A stretch of 64,000 nucleotides of DNA, from positions 62,001 to 126,000 of the IMG/VR virus record IMGVR_UViG_3300008261_000001, one strand, 5' to 3'. Numbering within the stretch: the first letter of the stretch is position 1; each line of letters starts with the position of its first letter. This document shows, in pieces, positions 19,801 to 29,146 of the stretch. The position numbers and the translations under genes were made by a program. The notes under the pieces are model-generated. The model did no database searches. It worked only from the letters and a program-made list of their open reading frames with translations, and was not told the DNA's origin.

Positions 19801-22800
19801 GCTAATCGGATAATAGGCTCTGTGACAGATAAAGACTCTGTGTTGATTGTGGTGGTGGTTCCGTTCACTACAAGGTTTTGTGTAGTGATAGTCCCTGTAG
19901 TGGTGAGGTTGTTCGCACCGAAGTTTATAGCCGCAGATAGGCTAGTGATAGACCCATCGCTTATGGAGATGTCGGCAAGGGTATGACCTTGTGCTGTAGA
20001 GGTGATAGCTCCAATAATGGATAAGTCACCTGTTATTTCTACATCACCAGCAACATCTGAGAGTACGACCAAGTCTCCATTGGATAAATCAGAGGTAGAG
20101 AGGACTCTATTGACGAAGTTTCCTGTGTTGTCTTGTACGAGGACTTGAAACTCCTCTAAGGCACCAAGATCAACATCGCTAAGATCACCTATAGAGAGGC
20201 TTACAGAAGCGGATATGGTGTGATTAAGTGGATCGTGGTCAAAAGATATGCCCGTGTGGGCGGATGCTTCTAAAGCCACACCAACAGCGTCTATGGCTTG
20301 GTTATCCGTGTATGTGGAGGGGGCGTTTTGAGCAGTCCAAAGGTTGCCTGCACTCCAAGTTAAAACTTGACCTAGAGCGGGAGGGGTGGTCGTTGTGTCT
20401 ACATCGGATAAGTCGTCAATAGAAGACGAGGTGGTGAGCAAGTCGCCAACATCGGATAAGTCAGAACTAGAGAGAGAAGCGTTCTCGAAGCCGTTGGCTA
20501 CGCCTGTGTATTTAAGCGTCTGCCCAACAAGCGGTCCTGTGATTTTAACATCGGTGAGGTCATCAAGTTGGGTGACTCCACCTGCACCTGCAATCAAAGA
20601 ACGGACAAACGAAGCCGTGGCTACTTCTCTACCCACGGCTGTAAGATCTGGCGTATCAGCAGTTATGTCTCCGCCAAAGAAATCTACATTCCCTGTGAAG
20701 GTCTGATTAGCGTTCAACCGAGCTATGTTAGCCGTATCGGATAAGTCGAGAGACGAAAGCGACTTGTTTCTAAAGGTGTTATTAGCGAGGTCATAAACGA
20801 GCGTCTGCCCATCTACTAAGGGAACTCCACCTGGTACACCCGCAAGGGTAATGAGAGAGCTAGATAGGAAATCCCCAGTATCCGCTTGAGAGGCAGTACC
20901 TAGATTAAGGGCGGTTATTTCTTGTTGTACAAACGCGGTTGTAGCGATGAGGGTTGAGCTATCGGCTAGGGGCTGTGTCGTGACCCTTACAGAGCCTGTG
21001 AAGGTTTGGTTAGCGTCTAATAGGGCTATATTAGCTGTATTGGATAAGTCCGTAGAGGCTAGAAGTCTATTCGTGAACTGCCCAAGTCCATTATGAACTA
21101 AGACATGACCTACTAGGGGTAGGTTTACTTGTACATCGGATAAGTCATCGAGTCCTGCACTAGAGGCTAAGAAGTCGGTCGTATTGGATAGGGAAGCAGA
21201 TCCGAGACCCAAAGTCGTGCGGACTGCGGGAGCGTCTGCGTCATCGAGCAGTGAGCGAGCAAAGGTTGTAAGGTTGGCTTCTGCCCAAGTGTTCACGCCT
21301 GTGGTGTAGATAAGTTTATCTGCACCTGTGCCGAGGGTAGAGATGGAGTTGAGGTTAAGGTTAAAGGCTTGGACATCAACACCTGGCTCAAGCTCTAAGG
21401 TCGCCCTAGCGGTGGCGACATCGGTGTCGTCTATGAGGCTTCGACCGAAAGCTGTTATATCGCTCTCTGCCCATGTATCTACACCCACGCTATAGATGAT
21501 CTTATCCGCACCTGTGCCAAGTGTGGCTATAGACGAGAGGGTTGCGTCTAAGGGCTGATAGAGTCCATCTAGGTTTAGGGTAGTCCTAACTTGAGATGGG
21601 TCTTGGGATACTAGGTTAGCACCATCACCTACAATGAAGTTGCCCGCTGTTGGGGCAATAATGGATAAGTCGGTAAGTCTTGCGTTAAGAGGCTGATATG
21701 TATCAGCGAGGTCGAGGGCGGTTATTTCCTGCTGTACGAACTCAGTTGTGGCAAGCTGTGCGGTGTTTGTCCCTAAAGGAGCAGTGGGTGCCTCAGGTAC
21801 ACCCACAAACACTGGACTATCCAATAGAGCCAAATCTGCACTATTGGATAAGTCGGTGGATGAAAGCTCCCTATTCGTGAACTGACCGAGTCCATTATGA
21901 ACTAAGACATGACCTGCTAGGGGTAGGTTTACTTGTACATCGGATAAGTCGTCTAGGGAGAGGCTTACGCTGGCATTGAGTAAAGCGTTGTCGTCATCGT
22001 ATGTGAAGGTGATACCCGAGTTCCCTGCTTGGTTATCCGTAAACATCGCTCCGACGAGGTCTTGAACTTGCTCTGCATCTAAGCCCTCAAGATCATCCGC
22101 TTGAGTTATAACCCCGCCCACGACCTTGAGGACTTTTCCATTTACTAGAACACCACCCAAGTCAACATCGGATAAGTCATCAATAGAAGCATTTGAGGCT
22201 AAGAAATCTCCTGTATCTGCTTGGGAAGCCGTACCCAAGTTGAGTGCGGTTATTTCTTGTTGTACAAAGGCAGTGGAAGCGAGGAGTGTAGAGTTATCCG
22301 CTAGGGGCTGTGTTGTTGCTCTTACAGAGCCTGTGAAGGTTTGGTTCGCATCTAATAGGGCTATATTGGCACTATTGGATAAGTCCGTAGAAGCCAAAGA
22401 GACAACAGCAGATATCTGAGCATTGTCGTCATCGTAAGTCCAAGTCACGCCCCCACCATCGACGAGCATTCCCCCAACGAGGTCTTGAACTTGCTCTGCG
22501 TCTAACCCACCAGCTTCATCTGCTTGGGTTAGAACCCCACCTACAACCTTGAGGACTTTTCCATTTATTAAAGCCCCACCTAGATTGACATCGGATAAGT
22601 CGTCAATAGAGGCGTTGGAGGCTAAGAAATCTCCTGTGTCCGCTTGGGAAGCAGAGCCTAGATTAAGAGCGTTTATTTCTTGTTGTACGAAGGCTGTGTT
22701 AGCAACGAGGGAGGAGTTATCGGCTAGGGGCTGATTGGAGACTCTAGTGTTGCCTGTGAAGGTTTGGTTAGCGTCTAAGCGGGCGAGGTTAGCTGTGTCC

Positions 22801-23939
22801 GAGAGGTTTGTGGAGGCGAGGGTAACAACGGCTGATATTTCAGAGTTATCATCGTCATAAGTCCAAGTGACCCCCCCTCCATTGACAAACATAGCTCCGA
22901 CGAAGTCTTCTATTTCCTCTTGGGTGAACCCTCCCCCACCGCCTGCTTCGTCAGCTTGAGTGATGACTCCGCCTACGACCTTGAGGATCTTTCCATTTAC
23001 TAAAGCTCCGCCTAGATTGACATCTGATAGATCGTCAATAGAGGCGTTTGAAGGTAAGAAATCCCCAGTGTCTGCTTGAGAAGCCGACCCCAAGTTGAGT
23101 GCGGTTATTTCTTGTTGTACGAAAGCGGTTGTAGCTAGGAGGGTCGAGTTATCGGCTAGGGGTTGAGTCGTTGCTCTAGTGTTACCTGTGAAGGTTTGGT
23201 TCGCATTGAGAAGAGGAATATTGGCACTATTGGATAAGTCTGTGGACGCTATAGAGACAACAGCAGATATTTCAGAGTTGTCGTCATCATAAGTCCAAGT
23301 GACTCCTCCGCCATTGACGAACATAGCTCCAACAAAATCTTCTATTTCCTCTTGGGTGAACCCACCCCCACCTCCGGCAGGGTCTGCTTGTGTAATGACA
23401 CCGTCAACGACCTTGAGGATCTTTCCATTTACTAAAGCCCCACCCAAATCAACATCAGAGAGGTCATCAATAGAGGCGGTAGAGGATAAGAAATCTGTGG
23501 TGTCTGCTATAGAGGCAGAGCCTAGTCCGAGATTGGAGCGGGCGGAGGCTTGTGCTACTGCACCTGCTGTGGCGATTTCGGATAGGTTATTAGCTTTGAG
23601 CAGTAGAGAGGTGAGTGCTGTAGTGGCTGTGGAGGACAAGCCGAGGTTGGCTCGTGCGTTGGCTTGAGCTTGAGCCCCTTCATCTGCGAACTCGGATAAG
23701 TAGTTCGAGGCGATGAGATAACCAACGGGGTTAGAGCCATCTATAGTGCCAACCTCGTCTACAGCCACCTGCATGGCTGTGTTCACTTCTACAGGGTAAG
23801 TTCCGTTCCAAGTCACACCATTTCTACGGACATTTCCAATAGACACATACCCGTACTGATCCCTAGTGACGGTGAATGTAAAACGCCCAACAGGGGTGAC
23901 TACAAGGTATTGTAGGGAGACTGATTGCTGTATAGCCAT
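16812..23939 (-). CDS. Giant repetitive tail fibre/virion protein, about 2375 aa
   Basis: ATG 23939 follows GGAGG (preferred over track start 23954); DLSDV-type repeats, about 143-aa and about 60-aa repeat arrays, and an NGTTTTINT..TRGSTEDPA module shared with 8749-16725. Confidence 0.75.
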   Translation of the reverse strand: MAIQQSVSLQYLVVTPVGRFTFTVTRDQYGYVSIGNVRRNGVTWNGTYPVEVNTAMQVAVDEVGTIDGSNPVGYLIASNYLSEFADEGAQAQANARANLGLSSTATTALTSLLLKANNLSEIATAGAVAQASARSNLGLGSASIADTTDFLSSTASIDDLSDVDLGGALVNGKILKVVDGVITQADPAGGGGGFTQEEIEDFVGAMFVNGGGVTWTYDDDNSEISAVVSIASTDLSNSANIPLLNANQTFTGNTRATTQPLADNSTLLATTAFVQQEITALNLGSASQADTGDFLPSNASIDDLSDVNLGGALVNGKILKVVGGVITQADEAGGGGGFTQEEIEDFVGAMFVNGGGVTWTYDDDNSEISAVVTLASTNLSDTANLARLDANQTFTGNTRVSNQPLADNSSLVANTAFVQQEINALNLGSASQADTGDFLASNASIDDLSDVNLGGALINGKVLKVVGGVLTQADEAGGLDAEQVQDLVGGMLVDGGGVTWTYDDDNAQISAVVSLASTDLSNSANIALLDANQTFTGSVRATTQPLADNSTLLASTAFVQQEITALNLGTASQADTGDFLASNASIDDLSDVDLGGVLVNGKVLKVVGGVITQADDLEGLDAEQVQDLVGAMFTDNQAGNSGITFTYDDDNALLNASVSLSLDDLSDVQVNLPLAGHVLVHNGLGQFTNRELSSTDLSNSADLALLDSPVFVGVPEAPTAPLGTNTAQLATTEFVQQEITALDLADTYQPLNARLTDLSIIAPTAGNFIVGDGANLVSQDPSQVRTTLNLDGLYQPLDATLSSIATLGTGADKIIYSVGVDTWAESDITAFGRSLIDDTDVATARATLELEPGVDVQAFNLNLNSISTLGTGADKLIYTTGVNTWAEANLTTFARSLLDDADAPAVRTTLGLGSASLSNTTDFLASSAGLDDLSDVQVNLPLVGHVLVHNGLGQFTNRLLASTDLSNTANIALLDANQTFTGSVRVTTQPLADSSTLIATTAFVQQEITALNLGTASQADTGDFLSSSLITLAGVPGGVPLVDGQTLVYDLANNTFRNKSLSSLDLSDTANIARLNANQTFTGNVDFFGGDITADTPDLTAVGREVATASFVRSLIAGAGGVTQLDDLTDVKITGPLVGQTLKYTGVANGFENASLSSSDLSDVGDLLTTSSSIDDLSDVDTTTTPPALGQVLTWSAGNLWTAQNAPSTYTDNQAIDAVGVALEASAHTGISFDHDPLNHTISASVSLSIGDLSDVDLGALEEFQVLVQDNTGNFVNRVLSTSDLSNGDLVVLSDVAGDVEITGDLSIIGAITSTAQGHTLADISISDGSITSLSAAINFGANNLTTTGTITTQNLVVNGTTTTINTESLSVTEPIIRLANGADADPNASTDTGFIFTRGSTEDPAAFYWDEGVNEYFLTTAPNANDDTIDFSPLNPTLQPLNLSTLKASTSALIGVGDPAQLTLSAGSILSANNTITFGASALSTTGTISALTPPSAEDSSLVATTEWVRDLSINALSDVDTTDPSVAGQVLAWNGTNWVRSSALSDAQLELDNTQSGAGLDTDGSYLVPVGTNYLGATTSLSNADATLDGAIKGVSDNLDAEILRATGVEGDLQLELDDTQEGAGLDTDGSYITPVGSNYLGATTSLSNADFALDGAIKGVSDNLDAEILRATGVEGDLQLELDNTQGGAGLNANGTYTADGASNYIRLATSLFNADSLLDTEIKALDTALLNEINRATDVEGDIQLELDNTQTSLGLNADGSLPDYTSNFYLPNGTSHHEALSLLDTAVNNATGGALAELDATQEGAGLDTDGSYIVPVGSNYLDLTTSLASADLALDISLGNTSDLLDTSLSSLGLNVDASRPVYTATNYITDLQSHHDAIGTLDQSIFDVATSLSNTQTDVGNISTQLSNVVTGAGLDGDGTYAPPLASNYINIATSLFNADTILDGQIKSVSDNLDAEILRATGVEGGLQLELDNTQLSVGVGVDGSLPVYSSTHFINDTESHHTSLGNLDNALFGLETNLNNLTSDLQDELDDTQLGAGLGVDGTYTAPVGSNYLAGATSLFSADSLLDTEIKNLSDTFTDIQNEIDDTQLGAGLDTDGSYITPVGSNYLGATTSLSNADFVLDGQIKSVVDGLGTASSYDVGTADGQIPVLGATGLPAVSGVNLTALGSIGLHSDVDLTGIEDGNTIIWDETANGGLGGFIISTPDGGLTADQVRSLVTTALDNGTHTGVTSLDFSYDDLNNTISVALSIQTSDLTDVDSAPTLDKQVLRYSTAGGLNKLVPTLLGTASDYDVGTSPNEILLLSEPTQQNVNAVADLIVLGRVIETIDYGQVSSVFMPGVDFSTDWNGTGFSDVVVYAQEDYGVLVS
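17500..19300 (-). repeat. Intragenic array of at least 7 ELDxTQxGAGLxxDGSY..NYL units
   Basis: Recurrent (A)GTAGTT(A)G..CCATC..AAGCC blocks near 17590, 17755, 18130, 18460, 18820, 19012 and 19210. Confidence 0.8.
22000..23500 (-). repeat. Intragenic tandem repeat of about 430 bp, about 3.5 copies
   Basis: ASIDDLSDVxLGG..TQAD..MFVNGGGVTWTYDDDN..TTAFVQQEI unit; TCAATAGA(G/A)GC anchors near 22182, 22603, 23035 and 23466. Confidence 0.85.
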
Positions 23940-24128
23940 GACTCGAACCTCCAAAAGATTGGATACTTTAAGGGGTGTTCATCATTAAAAGATTATTGTT
24001 TCTTATAGGTGTATGTAGTTCTGCCCCCTCCAGAGTGTTGTTGATGTAGTCCGAGTGTCGATTATCGACCAAGAGGGGGGGGGTTAATACATACAAATAC
24101 TTAGCTTAAAAGAGAAAGGTGGGGTAGT

Positions 24129-25118
24129 ATGGGTCTATCTATTATGACGCAGGAAGAAGCAGAAGACCCTATGCGTAACATCTATTGGTCGCACTTGAAG
24201 ATGATGAGGGCTTGCCCTCAGCAGTACTTATGGCACAAGGGGCATCCAGACATTGACTTGGGGGCTGGTAAGGGAAACCCCAAGCCGTTGCCAGATGACA
24301 AGAGGGAGTCGGAACACCATCAGCTAATGGGTACGGTTTTATCCAAAGTCGTTGAGGATGTGTACAACCACGAGTTATGGAAAGAACCGAAGGTGTTATT
24401 GGAAAAGGTGCAAGACATAGCTCGCAGGGAGTTTGTATTTGCGGAGCAACGGCACTATGTGGAGTGGACTCTCATGACGAGGGAGAGTGCGTTAGAAACT
24501 TGTGTCGAGGGGGCGAGGAACTTTTTGGAAATCATGAGGGACAACAAGATGATTGGCCCTTTTGCGAAGTCCGAGATGAAGATGACCCCCACGATGAACA
24601 AGTACTTCAATGTGTGTGGTGTGGCGGACTTGGTCTATAGGGATAAGGAGGGAAGGGTATTTATTCTTGATGGCAAGAACGCGATGACACCGATGAAGTA
24701 TGAGGACGAGGATCAGCTTAGGTGGTATGCGTTATGTTTTAGGCTTCAGTACGGAAAGACTCCAGATAAGTTGGGGTTTTTCTTCTTTCGTTATCCGAAG
24801 TCTAATCCGCCCGCTGATTGGGACACTTCAAGTAGTGGTGAGTGGACTGGCTTTGTAGAGGTCAAGATAGACGAGGAAGACATTAAGCGTCTTGGCAAGG
24901 AAGCGATTGAGACGAATAGGGCTATCCATTTTGGGAAGTTCGAGCCGAACCCACAGCCTAAGCACTGTAAAATGTGTAAGTTCGAAAACATCTGTGAGGA
25001 GCGTCAAGCTCAAAAGAAGCACAACGCTGCCAAGAGGGGTTTGGGTAGGTCTGACACGGAAGACCCTGCTTCGGTGGGTGGGGGGTTTGTGGATTTGGAT
25101 ATGAGCAAAAAAGGGTAG
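24129..25118 (+). CDS. PD-(D/E)XK nuclease (RecB/Cas4-like exonuclease family)
   Basis: ACPQQY N-terminal Cys, GVADLV..ILDGK catalytic motif, QLRWYAL, and C-terminal CKMCKFENIC cysteines. Confidence 0.85.
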   Translation: MGLSIMTQEEAEDPMRNIYWSHLKMMRACPQQYLWHKGHPDIDLGAGKGNPKPLPDDKRESEHHQLMGTVLSKVVEDVYNHELWKEPKVLLEKVQDIARREFVFAEQRHYVEWTLMTRESALETCVEGARNFLEIMRDNKMIGPFAKSEMKMTPTMNKYFNVCGVADLVYRDKEGRVFILDGKNAMTPMKYEDEDQLRWYALCFRLQYGKTPDKLGFFFFRYPKSNPPADWDTSSSGEWTGFVEVKIDEEDIKRLGKEAIETNRAIHFGKFEPNPQPKHCKMCKFENICEERQAQKKHNAAKRGLGRSDTEDPASVGGGFVDLDMSKKG

Positions 25119-25187
25119 TTCTGAAGGGAGCTGATGGGGTGGATTTTATAAGTGTGAACTGCACCAATCGATCCTAAGGAGGAAGAA

Positions 25188-25451
25188 ATGGATTTGGAGC
25201 AGTTAGTAGCCAAGAAGTCGGAGCTAGAAAAGAGGAGAGAGAGGCTTCTTGGTAAGATGGAGTCTGCTAGGGCATCTTTAGCCGATTTGGATAAGAAGCT
25301 CATGGAGAGGGGCATAAACCCCGAAAACCTTGAGGACGAGATCGTAAGGTTGAAGTCTAAGAGGGACGATTTAATGAAGCAGTTATCTGAAGCTATCGCT
25401 GAAGCAGAGACAATTTTAACACGCATCGAGACACGAGTGGAGAACCTATGA
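25188..25451 (+). CDS. Small coiled-coil protein
   Basis: Strong RBS AAGGAGG; heptad-rich 87 aa; overlaps the next gene by ATGA. Confidence 0.75.
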   Translation: MDLEQLVAKKSELEKRRERLLGKMESARASLADLDKKLMERGINPENLEDEIVRLKSKRDDLMKQLSEAIAEAETILTRIETRVENL

Positions 25452-26665
25452 AGATTACGATTTCGACTAATGACCTCAAGGAAGCCTTGAGCATTGCCCA
25501 AAACACATTGGGTTCGGCATCTGACATTACATCACATTTTGTGTTTGTGCCGAGTTCTAATGGTGTGTCGGTGATGGCTTGTGAGCCACCTCGCATCTTT
25601 TCCAAAATCCCTTGTTTGGGGGCGACCGTTCAAGAAGCAGATGACTCTGTGGGCTTTTCTTTCGATGGTAAGCGAGCCATGCAAGCTATCGGAGCGGTGA
25701 GCGGGGTACTTGAGATTTCCGATGCTGAGGGTGAGGTGACCATCAAGTCGGATAAGGGTACGATCAGCCTATCGAGCCTCGACCCCAATGCGTTTCCTCC
25801 GTGGTTGGATAAGTTTAACGAGTCCACCGGAGACAAGTCTGTTCCATCGGGTGTGTTGTACGATTGTTTGAATCAGCTTAAGGGGTACATCTCTACGGAT
25901 GACTCTCGTAGACCTGAGCTTGCTATGTTGTACATCAATGATGGTAAGGCGTATGCTTGCGATGGTTTTGGGCTTTGTGTGTCTCGTCACGAGGCTTTGC
26001 AAGGGGTGACGCTGAAGCTCCACTTCAAGGATGTTGCCCCCTTGTGTAAGTTCTTGAAGGCACACGATGGTCACGCCATCTCCATAAAGGCAGGTGGGCA
26101 AGCGACATTCTTTGTGTCTGAGAACAACGCGGTGTTTGGCACGATGGATTTGCCTTACACTTATCCTATGGCGATCACGACACACAATGCTTTGGACTTC
26201 GACATGGTTCCGAGGAGGGTGTGGAGGCTCTCTAAGGGAGATGTTTTGACCGCGATCAACTTCCTCTCAGCAGGTGCAGATAAGACCGACCTCAAGGTGG
26301 TGTTCAAAGACCCTGAGGGTGAGATTGGATCATCACCTGTGATGGAGATGCGTCCAGCGAGCGGTAAGGGCTATATGTCTTATACGCTTGAGACTCCAAA
26401 CTACGATTTGGATAATGCCAAGCTAGAGACGCTGACCGACCCTGGGGAGCGTATGTTTGTTTCTCGCTCTAAGGCTAAGGACACCGAGGGAGAAGACATC
26501 GAGTCGTTTAACTTCAACTACTTGTACATGAAGAGGGCTTTGGAGGGTATCGATCAGTTTGTATATATGGGTTGTAATCGTCAACAGGGCAAGGGCTATA
26601 TGTTGTTCAAGAGCCAATGCTCATCTAGCGTTGAGATTGTATCCGTTATCGGTTGGATGATCTAA
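25448..26665 (+). CDS. dnaN: DNA polymerase III beta sliding-clamp-like protein (divergent)
   Basis: MKITISTNDLKEALSIA start, SSLDPNAFPP, ISTDDSRRPEL..YACDGFGL, and FNFNYLYM near the C-terminus follow the beta-clamp layout; about 400 aa. Confidence 0.7.
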   Translation: MKITISTNDLKEALSIAQNTLGSASDITSHFVFVPSSNGVSVMACEPPRIFSKIPCLGATVQEADDSVGFSFDGKRAMQAIGAVSGVLEISDAEGEVTIKSDKGTISLSSLDPNAFPPWLDKFNESTGDKSVPSGVLYDCLNQLKGYISTDDSRRPELAMLYINDGKAYACDGFGLCVSRHEALQGVTLKLHFKDVAPLCKFLKAHDGHAISIKAGGQATFFVSENNAVFGTMDLPYTYPMAITTHNALDFDMVPRRVWRLSKGDVLTAINFLSAGADKTDLKVVFKDPEGEIGSSPVMEMRPASGKGYMSYTLETPNYDLDNAKLETLTDPGERMFVSRSKAKDTEGEDIESFNFNYLYMKRALEGIDQFVYMGCNRQQGKGYMLFKSQCSSSVEIVSVIGWMI

Positions 26666-27279
26666 TGAATGACCTTGCCTCTCGCCTTCATCGTCTTTCT
26701 ATCCTAAAGGAAACGACCGAGCAAAGGATTTCGTCCCTTGAGCGGGAGATAGCGTTCCTAGAGGTGGACAAGGACAAGAGGGTAGAGGCAAGTGCCATAT
26801 TGGATAAACTAGCAGAGGACGAGGTGGAACAGGGTGTGTCCACCTATGTAACTCTGTTAGAGGAGGGGTTAAAGGCTATCTTTCCCGACCAAGAGGTGGG
26901 GCTAACAGCCTCAGTCGAAAAGGTGAGGGGGAAGGTATCTGTAAAGCTAAAGACTAGCTTTAAGGGTCAAGACGGCTTAGAGGTAGAGGGTGAGGGCATA
27001 GATGCGTTCGGAGGGGCGGTAGCTACCGTTCAGAGCCTCTTATTGAGAGTCGCTCTTATCCTTAAACGCAATCTGAGACCCATACTTATCCTAGACGAGA
27101 CTTTCCCCGCAGTAGATGAGGGGAGGGTTGGTTTGTTGGTGGACTTCTTAAAAGTTCTGTGTGATCGGTTAGATATGGAAATCCTTTGTATAACACACGA
27201 CCCCTCAATAGCGGAGGGGGCTGATGTCGCATACAAGATCAAGCCCACCGCTCATGGGGCTAAACTGAAACGGATATGA
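26665..27279 (+). CDS. C-terminal half of an SbcC/Rad50-like ABC ATPase
   Basis: Signature-like AFGGAV, Walker B LILDE, H-loop CITHD; no Walker A. ATG 26665 overlaps the upstream TAA. Confidence 0.8.
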   Translation: MNDLASRLHRLSILKETTEQRISSLEREIAFLEVDKDKRVEASAILDKLAEDEVEQGVSTYVTLLEEGLKAIFPDQEVGLTASVEKVRGKVSVKLKTSFKGQDGLEVEGEGIDAFGGAVATVQSLLLRVALILKRNLRPILILDETFPAVDEGRVGLLVDFLKVLCDRLDMEILCITHDPSIAEGADVAYKIKPTAHGAKLKRI

Positions 27280-27282
27280 ACT

Positions 27283-27759
27283 ATGAAGTCTCAAGGGGCT
27301 ATCCGTCATAAGTTAAAGCAAGTTAAGGCGAGGCTACTTCAAAAGGCTATACGGAACAATCTATCCAAAAAGCCTTGCAACTGCAAGCACAGCGGACTCG
27401 TGAGGGGTTCAGCTTCAGAACCCCTCTTTTATGTGTGCCTATTGGATAGTGACAAGCCTAAAGAGTGGGAGGGGACAATCTGCGACCCATCAGTTCCCAA
27501 TAACTGTCCCTTCTTCAAGCCACCAAAGTCAAAAGAAGAAATAGAGCAAGAGTTCGAGGAGGAGTTCAACAAGCTCATAGACTCTGGGGATATGGGTGAG
27601 ATAGCGTCTAAATATCCAGATGTTGCCGCTCTCGTTTGGGTTTTATCTGGAGATGGGGACATAGACAGCGATACTCAAATCAGCGAGAGCGAAACTACCA
27701 CAGAGGAAGTTCAGTCTAACACCACAGAGGAAACTAAAAAAGATGTTGGAGATAGTTAG
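27283..27759 (+). CDS. Hypothetical Cys-rich (possible Zn-binding) protein
   Basis: CNCKH..VC..ICDP..NNCPF; acidic tail. Confidence 0.65.
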   Translation: MKSQGAIRHKLKQVKARLLQKAIRNNLSKKPCNCKHSGLVRGSASEPLFYVCLLDSDKPKEWEGTICDPSVPNNCPFFKPPKSKEEIEQEFEEEFNKLIDSGDMGEIASKYPDVAALVWVLSGDGDIDSDTQISESETTTEEVQSNTTEETKKDVGDS

Positions 27760-28165
27760 GTTAAAAGGAAAACAGCCCCTTTTCTTGGAGGCAAATGTAC
27801 CCCCCTTGTGTTATCCATATCTTGTCGGAAATCCAAAAGGGGAAGGTTTTTTGAAATGGGTAGAGAAGCCCACGGCTAAAGAGACCATCCTTACATGGGG
27901 GGTAGAAGCCACAATCGAACAAATCTTAGCCGAGATGATTCGTTTAACCCTAGACAGAAGTGAGGTAGAGGGTTGGGGTGTTCGGCAGAAGAGTTTTAAT
28001 TTAGCCGAAAAGAGGCTAAAGGATTTGGGCGTAAACGACCTTGAAGTGTCGAACAAGCTGATTTATCCAAAAGACCCGTCTTTATTGGGGACTATCCTTA
28101 TATCGGAAAAGAAGTGCTTTCCTATTATTCACAATGTGAGCAGAGGATTGTGCGTACTAGAATAA
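27743..28165 (+). CDS. Hypothetical protein
   Basis: 140-aa ORF continuing the operon. Confidence 0.6.
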   Translation: MLEIVRLKGKQPLFLEANVPPLCYPYLVGNPKGEGFLKWVEKPTAKETILTWGVEATIEQILAEMIRLTLDRSEVEGWGVRQKSFNLAEKRLKDLGVNDLEVSNKLIYPKDPSLLGTILISEKKCFPIIHNVSRGLCVLE

Positions 28166-28233
28166 ATTATCCCAACTCTCTTTGAGTCTTATTATTGGGT
28201 AAGTGTTAAGACCCATTCTCAAAGGAGTCTCCC

Positions 28234-28416
28234 ATGTTAGACGACTACATTATCAAGATAGAGATTGAAAGAGAGAGGGATAGGAGAAGAAGGGTACAAG
28301 AGGAGGATGGGAGGCGGATACAGCTTCCGATACCAGAGTACGAGGATAGGGGCGAGGGTAGGGGCGAGACAAAGCCACAAGATGAACCGAAAAGGGTGAT
28401 AGTAATAGATCTGTAG
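28234..28416 (+). CDS. Small hypothetical protein
   Basis: RBS AAGGAG 5 nt before ATG; 60 aa, highly charged. Confidence 0.55.
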   Translation: MLDDYIIKIEIERERDRRRRVQEEDGRRIQLPIPEYEDRGEGRGETKPQDEPKRVIVIDL

Positions 28417-28477
28417 CGGTATAAAGGGGGGGTGTGGATAATCAAGTCCCACCTTTTCACCCTTTAGAGGACGCTCT

Positions 28478-29056
28478 ATGTCAGCGACTATTATTCTTGT
28501 GCGTGGTCTTACAGGTTCGGGCAAGACGACCCTTGCCGATCTTATTATTGGTGACGATGAAAACCGAGTGAGCATTTCTGTTGATGATTACTTCACAGAC
28601 GATGCTGGTTTTAACTTCGATCACACGAAGCTAAAGGAAGCCCACGATTGGTGTAAGAACAAGACCCTTGAGTTTATTCTAGAGGGCTACGAGGTGGTGG
28701 TTGTACACAACACATTCACTCGTAAGTGGGAGTGCGACCCCTACTTGGAGATGGCTAAGGAGAGGGGTTGTAACATCCATGTAATCAACCTGTACGATGC
28801 TGGGTTGAACGATGTGGAGTTATCCAATAGAAATGGTCACAATGTTCCTGCTCATGTGATTCAAGCACAGCGTAAGCGTTGGGATAAGGATGTTTACCGT
28901 GAGCGGAAGCAACATACACCACAGCAGAACTTCATGCCTTACCCTCCCCCTTATGGATATGGGAACTATCACCCTCAACAGCCGTTCGGTGGTTATCCCC
29001 CATATGTGCCTAACGAGGGTGGGTATCAGCGTAAGTCACCTCGCCCTAGTCGTTAA
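28478..29056 (+). CDS. AAA_33/N4BP2-like P-loop nucleotide or polynucleotide kinase with a P/Y/Q/G-rich tail
   Basis: IILVRGLTGSGKTT Walker A, SVDDYF, AHDWC, VVVHNTF..WE, RNGHNVP. Confidence 0.8.
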   Translation: MSATIILVRGLTGSGKTTLADLIIGDDENRVSISVDDYFTDDAGFNFDHTKLKEAHDWCKNKTLEFILEGYEVVVVHNTFTRKWECDPYLEMAKERGCNIHVINLYDAGLNDVELSNRNGHNVPAHVIQAQRKRWDKDVYRERKQHTPQQNFMPYPPPYGYGNYHPQQPFGGYPPYVPNEGGYQRKSPRPSR

Positions 29057-29146
29057 GTTTAGTCGTTAAGTTTAGTTTTTCTTAACCTATTACTCTTCTT
29101 ATTGTATAACCTCTCTTAAAGAGGCTACAAAAGAGGGTGTGGTTAA

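Noticed and set aside
8961-23740. Many 60-200 aa plus-strand ORFs within the two giant fibre genes
   Set aside because: Antisense shadow ORFs caused by codon bias of repetitive Thr/Val/Ser-rich genes; they lack RBSs and recognisable motifs.
24129-25118. cas4 of a CRISPR-Cas locus
   Set aside because: It is a RecB-family PD-(D/E)XK nuclease with no other cas gene or array in the window.
25010-25501. 163-aa minus-strand ORF, and the similar 50579-51199 206-aa ORF
   Set aside because: They lie opposite better-supported plus-strand genes and have no motifs.
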